From assembly GCA_024687205.1 (NCBI GenBank), contig JAILES010000081.1:5657-69656 (forward strand): a stretch of 64,000 nt of DNA, read 5' to 3'. Below the pieces are notes generated by a model. It saw nothing but the letters and a program-made list of their open reading frames with translations, did no database searches and was not told the DNA's origin. The position numbers were made by a program, and so were the translations under genes. Positions 20,601 through 29,533 of the stretch are shown here, one piece after another (the stretch's first letter is position 1; the number at the start of each line of letters is the position of its first letter). The stretch is from Lachnospiraceae bacterium (GTDB taxonomy: Bacteria; Bacillota; Clostridia; Lachnospirales; Lachnospiraceae).

Positions 20601-23600
20601 AAACAGATAATCCCTGTTCATATAACGTCTGCCGTTTATCACTATCGCCAGATGATCCTTCAGGTAATTGTTGACGTACTCTTTTTCCTGCTGCATTCTT
20701 TCGGCTTCCTGCCGTTTTCTTTCGGCTTCCTGCTCGGCCTTCTGCAGTTCAAGCCTTCGTTTGGTCTCAAAGTCAACATAGGCGGTATGTGCACTTCTCA
20801 TATGACGCAGCTGATACTGCATTTCAGCGAAGCTGTCATAGATACGCTGTTCCTTATCCGAAAGCTTTTTGCCGGTTCCGTTATCAAGCTTGTCCACGGA
20901 ACGGCCTACCTGCTGTACTAGTTCCTGCGAATCCTTTACAAGCTTGTCAAATGCCGCTTTCCTCTGTTCCGCATTAGCCGGATTCAGATAGTCGGTGTTC
21001 GAATAGAAATCATTTATCTGTGAGATATAGCTGTCCAGATCTCTCAGAGTCTTACCATGTACGGCATCGGAGCTTAAGCCCTCTTTTAAGAGACGTCCGC
21101 GCATCGTCATCAGCGCGCCTACACGCTCGGTATTTAAGAAGGCTCGTTCTATATCAGTCTGCGGTCCTCCTACGGTAGGCGCATCAGGGTTCGCGGAATT
21201 CTTACGCGCCTGATAACGCTGATACTCTGCCCTTGCCTCAGTTAATTCCTGCGCAGATAGAAATTCCTCGGGAGCAGGCTTTCTTGACTTTGCTTTATTC
21301 ATCCTTTCACGGAGTTCCTCTACTTCATTAAGATCTCCTCCGGCTATATCAGGCGAATAGAAGGCCTCTCCGTATCCTTCCATATACTCAAACATCCTCT
21401 GCCTGTCAGCAGGGCCTGTTATCGGAGTTTCTTCAAGCTTTTTGATGATATCGTCCATCACCTTTAAGGAACGGTTTCTCTCATCAAGCCACTGCCTGTC
21501 ATTCTTATCCTTCTTACTCTCGATCGTGTGCTTCAACAGCCTGCGCTGCACATATATAGTGCTCAATAAATTGATATCTTCAATGGGCCAGCCGTTTGCA
21601 AGCATGGCTCTCTTTCCTTCCATATCAGTCCATGCTTCTCCCGAACCCCTGGGGAAATGTGAAGATACTTCATAGAGTTCATTATGCAGATATCTCGGAT
21701 GTTCACTGTTGTCCCTCATTTTTCTTGCATATTCTTCTTCGGGAGTTCCCGGTATCCTGCTCTTAAATGCTACATCATCTATTCTGCGAAGACGTTTTTC
21801 AAGCTCATCCATTTCCGAGATCATCATCTTTCTGAGCATACGGTCGTCAGTATTGCTGAGTGTGCCGTCTTTCTTCATACGCTCATGTTCTGACATGATA
21901 ATTGCCGATCTCTTAGCTGCAAAAGCAGCCTGGGGCAGTTCAAGAGCAGGACTTCCCGCAGGATAGCCGATACATGCCAGTATCAGATCGTTGGTGAAAT
22001 CGGGAGAGTTTGCATCGATCTTGTCGGCATCGACAGCCCCGAGTCCTCCTAGCTGTCCGTATACTATCATGAACAGATTATTATTGAGTTCCATATCCAT
22101 CCAGGTGAGACCATCATCTTCCGTTCGCAGATAATCGGCATATACTCTCATGTAATCGGCATATACCGGATTGATCTTCTCCCAGCGGTCAGCGGTTTCA
22201 TAAAGCTTTTCTTTTGACCTCTTAAAGAAATCTTTTACAGCAGCAAGATTCTTCTTTCCTTCCTCATTAAGACTTCCGTCTGCCTTAGTACCTACGAGAT
22301 AATTGTACTGGATAGGCTGTTCCTTTGCTGTTATAGTCGACCATGCCCTCAGTCTGTCAATATCCTCAAAGGGCACTTCATCCCTGTCCTCATCATAAAA
22401 GAGATTCTTTATTATACCTGACGCCACCATGCCGTTTGTCTCGTCCTTGACTGCTTCCCTGGCTTTTTCATCTGTCATCAGGGTCCGGTAATTCACCGAC
22501 GGATCAAAGGAGACTATAGCCGGGAACTGGCAACGCAGTTTGAACAAAGCGGCGTAATACTTACCGCCCTCATTCTCCGGATTCGAAACTCTGATACGGG
22601 CATTATTCTTAATACGTTCCGCATAAGCAGGTTTGGCATCAAGAGGAATCGGCTTATCCTCCACCATGTTGCCGTTCTTATCCATCATATACGGAACAAA
22701 ACTCAGCTTCTTTGCGGGGTCGGCCATGGCCGTCATTATCGTTGCTTTTATAACCGTATCCAGATACTTCTTATCCGGATTCTGTGCTATGGCAGGATAT
22801 CCGTTGGCCGCCAGGTATTCCAGAGGCTTCTTTCCGTCTATGCGGAAACGGTCTGTCAGCGGTTCGCCTCTTCTCATACAGTAATCGTACTGTTTTCCGT
22901 ATCTGCTGCTGCCGGTCAGATGTCCGAGGACACGGTCAAAGGTCTGACGTGTTTCCTTCTGCTGTGCATCGGTAAGCGCATTAAGATCGGGCAGAGTCTG
23001 GGGCACTTCGGTAAGTTTTCCGCGCTGATCCCTTGCCTGATGCGGCATATGTATATAGCTTAAGTTAAACACCGGTGAGGTATCGAGATTTCCCTTCTCG
23101 ATAGTCTCCCTGTGGGCAGCGCTTTCCTTACCCGCCTCGGTTGCACGGTGTTCTCTCAATTTCTCATTTACCTTATCAAGATAAGGCTGCTTAAAAGGTG
23201 ACGGAGCGTTTCCGTCAATGTATGCTTTCAGCTCCGCATCCGTCGGTATGTTTTCCTTCGGAAGCGCCAGCATCGGATCCAGCAGGAAGCTGCCTATCGA
23301 AACTGCATCTATTGCCGTACCGGGTCTTACGCCACCCGGAGCTTTCATGAGTTTATCGATTTCCTGCAGATAATATTTCGCCAGTGCTCTATGCTGCAGA
23401 CTGTACATTTTATCGGACATGACTATCGTAGAGAGCATCTTCATACCCTGCAGTACATCCAGGGGCTCCCTCAGTTTTGAATACTCTTCCGTGCTTCCGA
23501 ACTCATCGATATAAGCCTGTCTTAAACGGTTGGGTTTCTTAGAGTCATATACAGGCGAATACTGGGAGAATAATTCAGTATTCTGCATGAAATCCTGAGC

Positions 23601-26600
23601 GTAAACTGCTTTGGAATAAAGTTTTGAACCTCCCTTTGTCAGTTTCTGTATATCGGCTGTTCCGTTAAAATCCAAGCCCTCATAAGCGGACATCTTAAAC
23701 TTCGTCATGGCTTTCTTATGGATATCCGCATAATAACGTGCACTTGCCTCGGCTGTGGCATCATCAACATCCGGTCCGAAAGGATGCCTCTCGAGATCAT
23801 CCATATATTTATCCACCAGCTGTCTCCTGGCATCCAGCGGCAGGCTGTTAAGTTTCAGCACATCATCATAGGTATTAAAGTTAAGGCTATGCTCCGTCGT
23901 TACGGTCTTTATCACTCCCTTTTCATCCCTGACGGGGTTGCCGTAGGCATCCGTTTCATTCTCGGTCACGGTATAGGTACATGAACCTTTACCCAGATAA
24001 TATGTACGCAGATCATCCATCATTCGCGCCGGAGCATCTTTTTTAAACATATCCGGAGTCACGCTCGTGTTTATTCTTCCCATGCGCTCAAGTACATCCT
24101 GAGCATCAAAATATCCGGGTACCTGAATACGGAGCTGCTTCGCCTCCATAGACTTCGCTTCCTTATCGGCAAGATCTTCCATAGAAGGAACATTGCCTGT
24201 CTTATAGAAGGCATCATCCTTTTCAAAAAGATCCAGCAGGGCTTCACCCATTTCCTGCTCTCTCTTCTGAGCCTCAAAGGCATTCCTTACAGCTCTGTAC
24301 TCATCGGAATATGCACCCCTGTTAAATCCTATCTCGGGAATATCGTGGTGTATCTCTCCTGCTCTTTCAAGAAGAGCAGCGAGCTGTTCGACATTTTTAA
24401 ATGATGATAGCTGCGGCGTATGGGACATAGCTTTTATCATCTGCGCTTTAAGGGTATAGAGCTGGCCCTTATCCGGCATGTCCGCATTTGCAGCTGTTTC
24501 ATTGTAAAGTGCCGAGCCATGATTATGGATGAAATTAAGCGCAGCCATCCTGTCGCCGGCATTCATTACCGGATGTGAATCAATGTAACGGCATATCTCA
24601 TCCATGGTACCGAAGGCTGTTTCAAGCTCCTGACGTTCCCTGCTGCCTTCTTCTTTATCCGCAATGGCATCCTTAAGCAGCTGACGCTTAGCATAGAAGG
24701 ACGCTATCAGATCCGTATCCTCAACCGGCCAGCCCATAGTGATGGCTGACTTTCTTCCTGCCAGATCCGCAAGCATCATCTTCGATCCGGGTTCCCCGTT
24801 TACGAACTTCTTCACCGCATCGGGTGATGTGAAGATCTTTGAAAGCTCCTGTTCCCTGTTCATCGCGCCTGCATTCCGACGCATCTCATTTATGCTGTTT
24901 TCCAGTGCATTGATCGAGTTCAGGATATCCAGCTTGGTATTAAGATCATCCGGGTTTGCTTTTCCTTCCTCACTGAATTTAAGGGCGGCTCTCATCCTGC
25001 TGTTAAGCTCCAATGCTGCATTAGCTGCTCCGGTCAGCGGGAAGGTTTTTCCCATACCCGCTTCATCGGTAAGTGTTCCGAAAACGGTATCCACTCCTTT
25101 GCTCATATCAAGAGAATCAAGCATGTCATCAAGCAGCTCGCAGTTCGTATTCACATACAGCCTGCCCTTTTCCTGTTTCTTTATATCAGCAAGTCTGAGA
25201 TTCTGTACTTCAGCAAACTGCTGCATTGCCTTATTGCGTTTTGCATCCGGCAGATCCTCATCAACGGCACCGGGCTTTACCGTCTGAAGCTGTGCACGTA
25301 TCTTTTCAGCCTTTGCTGACTCAGCTTTAATATAATCCTCATCGCTTACGGGCTTTGTGTGCTCAGCGGGATTCATCTGATAGAAGGGCTGCACATAAGC
25401 TTCGTATATCACTTCGGCATCCGCTGCCGGCTGTCCTGCAGGAAGCAGAGCCTTAAACTGTTCCTGCTGCTCAGGGGCATAGAACAGCTCCGGATCGATC
25501 ATTGCCTTCATGGCTTCATCCATCTGTGTCTTAAGCGCTGTCAGCTGTCCTTTGTCTGCCATACCTGCTGTGGCTACCGTATCGTTATACAGTGCAGTAC
25601 CGTAACTGTTTATGAAGTTTAAGACATCCTTTCTCTCCTGTGCGCTGCTGATGGGATGTGCATCAAGATGCGTACAGATCTCATTTACCGCACGGAATCC
25701 ACGTTCATACTTAAGTCTTTCAACTGAACCGGGAACCTTGCTTTCCGCTGCTGTCTTCAGCATCTCGCGTTTTACATAGAAGGATGCTATCAGATCCACG
25801 TCACGTACAGGCCAGCCGTTAGCCAGCGCTTTCTTTTTCGCACTCAGTTCCGCAAGCATGGTTTTTGATCCGGGACAGCCGTTTATAAAACGGTCAACTT
25901 CCTTCGGATCCGCAAATGCGGATTCAACCTGTCCTCTTGCATTTCCGTTTGCGATATTGCTGCGCATGGTACGTATCTGTGTTTCCAGCAGATTCATCTT
26001 TTCTATGAGCAGTTTGCGATTATCTGCTTCGGCTGCTTTCAGTTCATCGCCGGACTGAGACCTCATGGTATTCTGTATTTTCTGTATCTCGCCGGCTGTC
26101 TGAGCCGCTTCGATAATAGGGAAATTCCTGAGTCCCTCAAATACCTGCGAGGGCGTACGCTTTGCACCTGCCTCAAGATTAAGCTTATCCGTCAGGGCAT
26201 TAAGGGCGCTGAAACTGTAGTTTCCTTCCTTTCCGCCGAGTCCGTGCAGCACTTCATTTCTGTTTATCTGATATCTTACAAAGGCAGCCTCCTGCAAACG
26301 CCCCTGCTTTTCAAGACCTGTAGCCAGCACGGAAGCGTCATTAGCAAGCTGCTCCCTGTATTCTTTCTTTATATAGTCCTCACCGTCCAGACCGTCTATG
26401 ATAAAATCACTGCCTAATTCCTTCATCCTGTCCAGATGCGCGTCAAGATAATCAGCACCGAAGGATCTGAATACGCCGGGCATGAAAGCATTAAGCTGGG
26501 AAGCTCCCTTCTTTATCGCATCATAAGCAGCCTCTGCCTGCTCCTTTTCATTCAGAGGCTTTACCGCAGACATCTTCTCCATATGAGGCTTTGCCTTGGG

Positions 26601-29279
26601 TATGATCCTGGGTTTCTGTTCCACTATATTCAGAGCCTTATCATAGGTATATGCCACAAAAGAAAGCTCCGCTTGTGGATCAGCCATGGCTTCCAGAAGA
26701 AGGGTTTCCATTGCGGTCTCTCTATCTTTTCCTTCAAGCCCGGGATACTTACTGGCAACTATCTCGGATATCTTCCTTCCGTTAATGCGATAACGATCCA
26801 TTGGATCTTCATTCTTTAATCCGGCCAGATCTGCCTGGAAGGTATAGCTGCTTATCATAGGCCCAAGCAGCTGCTGGAAGCAGGTATGTATCGCCTTTTT
26901 CTGTGCATCACTGAAGCCTTTGATATCCTCGGCCGTGATGTCTTTCTGAGGTACTTCTCTGAGGTCCACGAAGTCCAGATTATATACTCTCGCAAGATCG
27001 ATCTCCCGCTTATTGTAGTTTCCGAACATTGTTCTTACTTCTTCGGCAGCCTCCTCGGCCATCCACTCTTTTGCAGGGACTTCAATATTCCTGTGCAGGT
27101 ATTCTTCGGTAAAAGGTGAGGGACCCTTGCCTTCGAGATAGTCCTTCATTGCAGCATAGGAAGGCGCTCCCTCCATCGGGAGCTTTTTATCCTCTTCGAT
27201 ACTCTCGGAAATAACTTTGGTAACGCTGCGCATATAATGCCAGAGCGAAGGATCGATCTCTTCCGGTTTTTTCCCTTTGATATTACTATAGATGTTCTCC
27301 AGATAAGTAAGGGCAAGAGCCTGTACATGAACCGGGTATTCCGGACTGCTTGCCTTAACAGACAGATCCTGCAGCTGGTTCAGTACCTGCAGCTGTCCCA
27401 TCATTTTTGCATACTCTCTTCTTCCTCCGAAGGCGTCAAGATAAGCCGCTTCACCCTTGCTGTTCATGACACTCTTGGACATGATATTGGAAATATCCTG
27501 GGTACAGTCCATTACAAAATGAGCCATCATGCCGAGTTCATTTTTCTGTCCGGCTGTTGCTTTCAGCTCTTCGGGATTCCTCGGATCAAAATCAGGTATG
27601 GGATTTGAAAGGATGCTCTTTATTGCCTTCGCATCTTTGTTTCCGTACCAGGCTGCATTATTTTCCACTACCGACTGCGGCAGATCCGTACTCATGACCG
27701 GATGTGCCGCATAGGCTTCAAAGAATTCCTTTGCAAGCGCTTTGCGTTCTTCATCGCCCGCCTTCTCCAGCTCTACCGCTTCCATGAAGCTGAGTCCCTT
27801 CTCAGCCATTATGTATCTCAGCATATCACTGTATGCGCTTAAATCTCTGCTCAGTTCGCCGCTTGCTTCTGTTGCCGCTTCCCGCTCCGCCTTCAGCTCA
27901 TCATAGAACCATCTGTTTTTCAGTTCCCTGATATCATAGAGCCTGTTATCTCTCTCCCGGGCCTCTTCGGCGGCAGCCTGCTGTACCGGTCCCTCCTCCT
28001 GCTGGGGTGCATTTGCGGCCGCTTCCCTCTCTTCATCAAACTGTGATATCATCTGACCTAAGTCGGCACTTCCCATCAGGTCTTTTTCTTCCTGAGGAAG
28101 CTTCCTTTCAAGAATACGGTCAAAGGTATAGAGGCCGAATTGCATGCCTGAATCCTGTGTCATCAGGAACTTCTTCTCATAGCCCTCTTTCACCAGCTCC
28201 CGCATTTCCGTAAGCAGCGCTTTCCTCTCTGCCTCTGTCCTTATTACCTTGGTCTCTATCTTCTTCCATGCAGTATCCAGTTTCTTAAGATACTCCCTCT
28301 CACCGGGCCTGAAAATCGGTTTTTCTTTAGCTTCTCCGGTGCTTGTGTTGTAATATGCTTCCGAGAAGAGATTTTCTCTTGCGATCTTAAAGAATGAAAG
28401 GGCATTCAGATCCTCTATAGCCCAGCCATTACGGATACCGCTAACCCTGGCTTCTATATCGGCACGGACCGTTCCGAGCCCTCTTAAACCGTTACGCTGC
28501 AGCGTTTCCACGGAGTTGGATATATGTTTGTTTATCTCTGCGGCTTCGGGCGAATTGGGCACAACCTTATCCATCTTTTCAAATGCATCCAGCATTCTCT
28601 GCCCATGATCAAGTATATCTTTTCTCAGCTGCAGATCCTTCTCTGCCGTAAGCGTCCCCTTATCCAGCTCATCAAAATACTCCAAATGGGAGCCGATGGT
28701 TTTATTGCACTCTATCATGGCCTTTGTTATGGGATACTTTTCATCAAGTATGCGTATATCTTCCCTTGTTTTGTCTTTGAGTACTATAGGCATGGAAGTT
28801 ATCATTCCTGCAGTCAGACGTCTGGTATTCAGTCTCAGATCGACTTTGTTGACCGTCCATCCCCGTACTGCTCTTTCTGCCGGATCGATCATTACAGCAT
28901 TAATAACATCCCTCATCGAATCGTCACCGGGCTGATAGAAGTCATCCAGCTTCTGCTTGACCTTTTTTACATAATTACCGAATCTTTTCTTATATCCTTC
29001 AACATCAACACCCTCACGGAAAACTATTGCCTTGGCGGAGACTGACGATATACAGGGACGTGAGGTTCCGTTTTCACCTCCGAGATCATATATCTCTTTT
29101 CTTCTCTGCATTGACGAGGGATCTCCGTAAAGGAAGATCGCATCCTCGGATAACATCTCCTCCGGACCCGCGGAATTGCCGGCAGATACCCAAAATTCTC
29201 CAACATCATCAAAAATGCTTTCTTCGAGCTTTTTCACCGTATCCTTATCGAGTTTATTGTTTTCGATCTTTAAATTCAT
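14649..29279 (-). CDS. Giant 4876-aa highly charged, predicted alpha-helical protein with internal repeats; function unknown
   Basis: 14.6-kb uninterrupted ORF with RBS AGGAGG. No signal peptide or TM segment evident. Repeated GW[PA][IV][ER]D motif x4 and duplicated blocks. Confidence 0.9.
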   Translation of the reverse strand: MNLKIENNKLDKDTVKKLEESIFDDVGEFWVSAGNSAGPEEMLSEDAIFLYGDPSSMQRRKEIYDLGGENGTSRPCISSVSAKAIVFREGVDVEGYKKRFGNYVKKVKQKLDDFYQPGDDSMRDVINAVMIDPAERAVRGWTVNKVDLRLNTRRLTAGMITSMPIVLKDKTREDIRILDEKYPITKAMIECNKTIGSHLEYFDELDKGTLTAEKDLQLRKDILDHGQRMLDAFEKMDKVVPNSPEAAEINKHISNSVETLQRNGLRGLGTVRADIEARVSGIRNGWAIEDLNALSFFKIARENLFSEAYYNTSTGEAKEKPIFRPGEREYLKKLDTAWKKIETKVIRTEAERKALLTEMRELVKEGYEKKFLMTQDSGMQFGLYTFDRILERKLPQEEKDLMGSADLGQMISQFDEEREAAANAPQQEEGPVQQAAAEEARERDNRLYDIRELKNRWFYDELKAEREAATEASGELSRDLSAYSDMLRYIMAEKGLSFMEAVELEKAGDEERKALAKEFFEAYAAHPVMSTDLPQSVVENNAAWYGNKDAKAIKSILSNPIPDFDPRNPEELKATAGQKNELGMMAHFVMDCTQDISNIMSKSVMNSKGEAAYLDAFGGRREYAKMMGQLQVLNQLQDLSVKASSPEYPVHVQALALTYLENIYSNIKGKKPEEIDPSLWHYMRSVTKVISESIEEDKKLPMEGAPSYAAMKDYLEGKGPSPFTEEYLHRNIEVPAKEWMAEEAAEEVRTMFGNYNKREIDLARVYNLDFVDLREVPQKDITAEDIKGFSDAQKKAIHTCFQQLLGPMISSYTFQADLAGLKNEDPMDRYRINGRKISEIVASKYPGLEGKDRETAMETLLLEAMADPQAELSFVAYTYDKALNIVEQKPRIIPKAKPHMEKMSAVKPLNEKEQAEAAYDAIKKGASQLNAFMPGVFRSFGADYLDAHLDRMKELGSDFIIDGLDGEDYIKKEYREQLANDASVLATGLEKQGRLQEAAFVRYQINRNEVLHGLGGKEGNYSFSALNALTDKLNLEAGAKRTPSQVFEGLRNFPIIEAAQTAGEIQKIQNTMRSQSGDELKAAEADNRKLLIEKMNLLETQIRTMRSNIANGNARGQVESAFADPKEVDRFINGCPGSKTMLAELSAKKKALANGWPVRDVDLIASFYVKREMLKTAAESKVPGSVERLKYERGFRAVNEICTHLDAHPISSAQERKDVLNFINSYGTALYNDTVATAGMADKGQLTALKTQMDEAMKAMIDPELFYAPEQQEQFKALLPAGQPAADAEVIYEAYVQPFYQMNPAEHTKPVSDEDYIKAESAKAEKIRAQLQTVKPGAVDEDLPDAKRNKAMQQFAEVQNLRLADIKKQEKGRLYVNTNCELLDDMLDSLDMSKGVDTVFGTLTDEAGMGKTFPLTGAANAALELNSRMRAALKFSEEGKANPDDLNTKLDILNSINALENSINEMRRNAGAMNREQELSKIFTSPDAVKKFVNGEPGSKMMLADLAGRKSAITMGWPVEDTDLIASFYAKRQLLKDAIADKEEGSRERQELETAFGTMDEICRYIDSHPVMNAGDRMAALNFIHNHGSALYNETAANADMPDKGQLYTLKAQMIKAMSHTPQLSSFKNVEQLAALLERAGEIHHDIPEIGFNRGAYSDEYRAVRNAFEAQKREQEMGEALLDLFEKDDAFYKTGNVPSMEDLADKEAKSMEAKQLRIQVPGYFDAQDVLERMGRINTSVTPDMFKKDAPARMMDDLRTYYLGKGSCTYTVTENETDAYGNPVRDEKGVIKTVTTEHSLNFNTYDDVLKLNSLPLDARRQLVDKYMDDLERHPFGPDVDDATAEASARYYADIHKKAMTKFKMSAYEGLDFNGTADIQKLTKGGSKLYSKAVYAQDFMQNTELFSQYSPVYDSKKPNRLRQAYIDEFGSTEEYSKLREPLDVLQGMKMLSTIVMSDKMYSLQHRALAKYYLQEIDKLMKAPGGVRPGTAIDAVSIGSFLLDPMLALPKENIPTDAELKAYIDGNAPSPFKQPYLDKVNEKLREHRATEAGKESAAHRETIEKGNLDTSPVFNLSYIHMPHQARDQRGKLTEVPQTLPDLNALTDAQQKETRQTFDRVLGHLTGSSRYGKQYDYCMRRGEPLTDRFRIDGKKPLEYLAANGYPAIAQNPDKKYLDTVIKATIMTAMADPAKKLSFVPYMMDKNGNMVEDKPIPLDAKPAYAERIKNNARIRVSNPENEGGKYYAALFKLRCQFPAIVSFDPSVNYRTLMTDEKAREAVKDETNGMVASGIIKNLFYDEDRDEVPFEDIDRLRAWSTITAKEQPIQYNYLVGTKADGSLNEEGKKNLAAVKDFFKRSKEKLYETADRWEKINPVYADYMRVYADYLRTEDDGLTWMDMELNNNLFMIVYGQLGGLGAVDADKIDANSPDFTNDLILACIGYPAGSPALELPQAAFAAKRSAIIMSEHERMKKDGTLSNTDDRMLRKMMISEMDELEKRLRRIDDVAFKSRIPGTPEEEYARKMRDNSEHPRYLHNELYEVSSHFPRGSGEAWTDMEGKRAMLANGWPIEDINLLSTIYVQRRLLKHTIESKKDKNDRQWLDERNRSLKVMDDIIKKLEETPITGPADRQRMFEYMEGYGEAFYSPDIAGGDLNEVEELRERMNKAKSRKPAPEEFLSAQELTEARAEYQRYQARKNSANPDAPTVGGPQTDIERAFLNTERVGALMTMRGRLLKEGLSSDAVHGKTLRDLDSYISQINDFYSNTDYLNPANAEQRKAAFDKLVKDSQELVQQVGRSVDKLDNGTGKKLSDKEQRIYDSFAEMQYQLRHMRSAHTAYVDFETKRRLELQKAEQEAERKRQEAERMQQEKEYVNNYLKDHLAIVINGRRYMNRDYLFARYAGNKAELEDIYKENIPVALEVLEIDGKLVAKDIITERQRLHDERVQTQKAAQEKVTAERGKRRDGKPSEDLYADGVTDLFENERKRIMEERRADMDVAEKQKKGKVQRINRINDDDDLMKRSVKQIAELDYDSMAKAKTAYEEIKADTSPEMIQKIVKRGIEYTTAMNRYNRVVRTVTATMSNEELLERIRTKWPDWYQENLARAVQTLTNPADIRAKINVRLTDSLTPEECHGFLKEISDRLYHDDKQRLKKEMLETKTLTELELDEQVSHILHDRVEELREGLKTDDTLNENEKREYLEALEYADEFVTLADPHVKDEYFSHRRIQEEVAGDSSKKDLADGFNEIEDIELKQVVNDLMSNAEDFVANGISPVLEDGFEKMMDLKLGLGENNLNSFATMLTMMEEMGMQMSNDFPGGTVESRGFAEVSRTRYELIDAVNNGDRQAIINAKRNYEKARADMDKLFAFADDEKNFSKYSVAGNIDATRQLNVPLEYAKDYYNNSKINSVHLLFSALKWSGVSIQQFKEDPNAFIETVVRKNLEMCDPEIRLRNKSAGQILGEFGNEDDFERGAFQSEVMGIQANLTRIEEALTMMDDDPERRKKNYTNYKIRDQFRANVLLHHVNNNPYRNKERKNEVQQLLSIVDMADLENNRGRMLTNKPLDANGRPVPKITAADYVAGLGPHYNGYSALSTRADEILRDARNIAGKKFGAVSFMMNRQAALSMLLVKRAADRGKPGFDLLEDEIMNAAQYYDQIRAAHPEYALPALSDEQRKTFEENAKQFKTQMNAAESKLTVEQKHAIEERKNANSVAERHTAQHVTELNNELKREEERFVNSYNLLETERKEAAAEHNNAHVSFMVDQKRVLVSNMRSWLIEQTKAGNVTTDYARKRISEILALKDTDSAKMPEYGLQDKSGKNTHAGRLQEAKEIKELTTRPYEHDERKIRELLELEKNEDPFEKLERLQQEREERMQQAQQELARRQEENARQINLRNENLARVLPEELTQRLIQRFNERQDTIAVSETMRTDKTDLSEPEAYRTARINENDAEDRYRYLYEEIKKSISADTLLNVLTDTLGANEAAALFTKLKNSVPDSSLLGRLTSEDREHYFAAVVASLPEEERDRLIDLDNAYKPIRSYDFSSMPDDSLENALEFESQVDHPQAGRVREMLKEAGDDWKKMSGGGTQEELDEFRNVLYEANGLITKAKPAVKNADLELMTVDTKRYNAVIDLDHKKGSEKEENSFMQDLYETRKGITVTKEDRAEDVRRTSKVNPVLDPRYVQNVAAILKKMEEMKLFKPNSPAEETSKIYSFHRVADAQKAVAEALKADMSVEANRKKLSTAVDEMKNIQRETDELMRMAKNSFSGKDYMDNLDNVRQDGIPWRYARDRVSASQLNAVWQFGNMLKANNISVDEFAAHPDEMIEKMKTTAISEGTSLKALGKGKSIGEMTAYAANGYYNGVITSKNSNLVGKYLRSIGGIIEAEPEVYDPARKSQNRYLFRQNIYGYVSQFGVTALNNVMHTKDAFKGKDKDSIDALKAVVTMPENEFDPDVILVKVPYNADFSYRKPFNYAEYLKSKAGNAAAGAEDPFLTAQEGRLEKILKDAAKAQIRMEAAADNTSTDPGISSMSFDPNVYEPFRLVQARQQALMELLILKQTQPQYQETQQVKNLENELLNMAERYEALRKDNPELNMPELTAEQKKQLETTKKNYLELKNNSEKLMDKLEDQIAKKVKKDEKTFVDEMKELNEKIRKVNERIGRRDVKIAAADEKMHRARLSLDDIMGLEAYEERRPLVQEKSALLKERELLEKQLESLRVSRMRSISEQYKDGKLPKKYAEERLKQLDEGRDNERLPELFGDPAHNAADKKSRSSFLRDNLLNLRGANINLKAAKTDDPEKWRQWNHLFRTEDVFEVIDNNAVAPAQERKRSIKFDQMLKDEKNANKDERKGRKSVNIKNNEPEIKPDEKKRLSLQPGNKK

Positions 29280-29382
29280 CTGATCTTCCTCCTATCGGGG
29301 TGTTTTTCAAATTTATCTCCATTATACATGCCCGGTGTAGCAAAAGTGAAACACCCTTACTATTATACCACAAAACAGTCCT

Positions 29383-29432
29383 ATCAGGGGGACGGTTCTC
29401 CGGTTGACCTGTTTTGTCAAACCGGGGATTTC
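29383..29432. repeat. REP-like palindromic element
   Basis: ATCAGGGGGACGGTTCTCCGGTTGAC-CTGTTTT-GTCAAACCGGGGA. Confidence 0.75.
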
Positions 29433-29442
29433 ATATTATAAT
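29414..29442 (+). promoter_or_regulatory. SigA promoter of the ECF operon; -35 lies in the repeat arm
   Basis: TTGTCA (29414-29419), 17 nt, TATAAT (29437-29442). Confidence 0.7.
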
Positions 29443-29533
29443 CAGTTGGTTTGAATTTTATATATTTTTTTTGTAACGGATTGTTTATTTTATGCACTAA
29501 CTATACAGAGGCGCCCGGAAAGGAGGTGAGATC

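Noticed and set aside
14911-29407. Numerous plus-strand ORFs inside the giant gene
   Set aside because: Antisense shadows without RBS or recognisable motifs
29470-29505. TGTAAC..CACTAACT as an autoregulatory ECF promoter
   Set aside because: Plausible, but the -10 element cannot be defined from sequence alone
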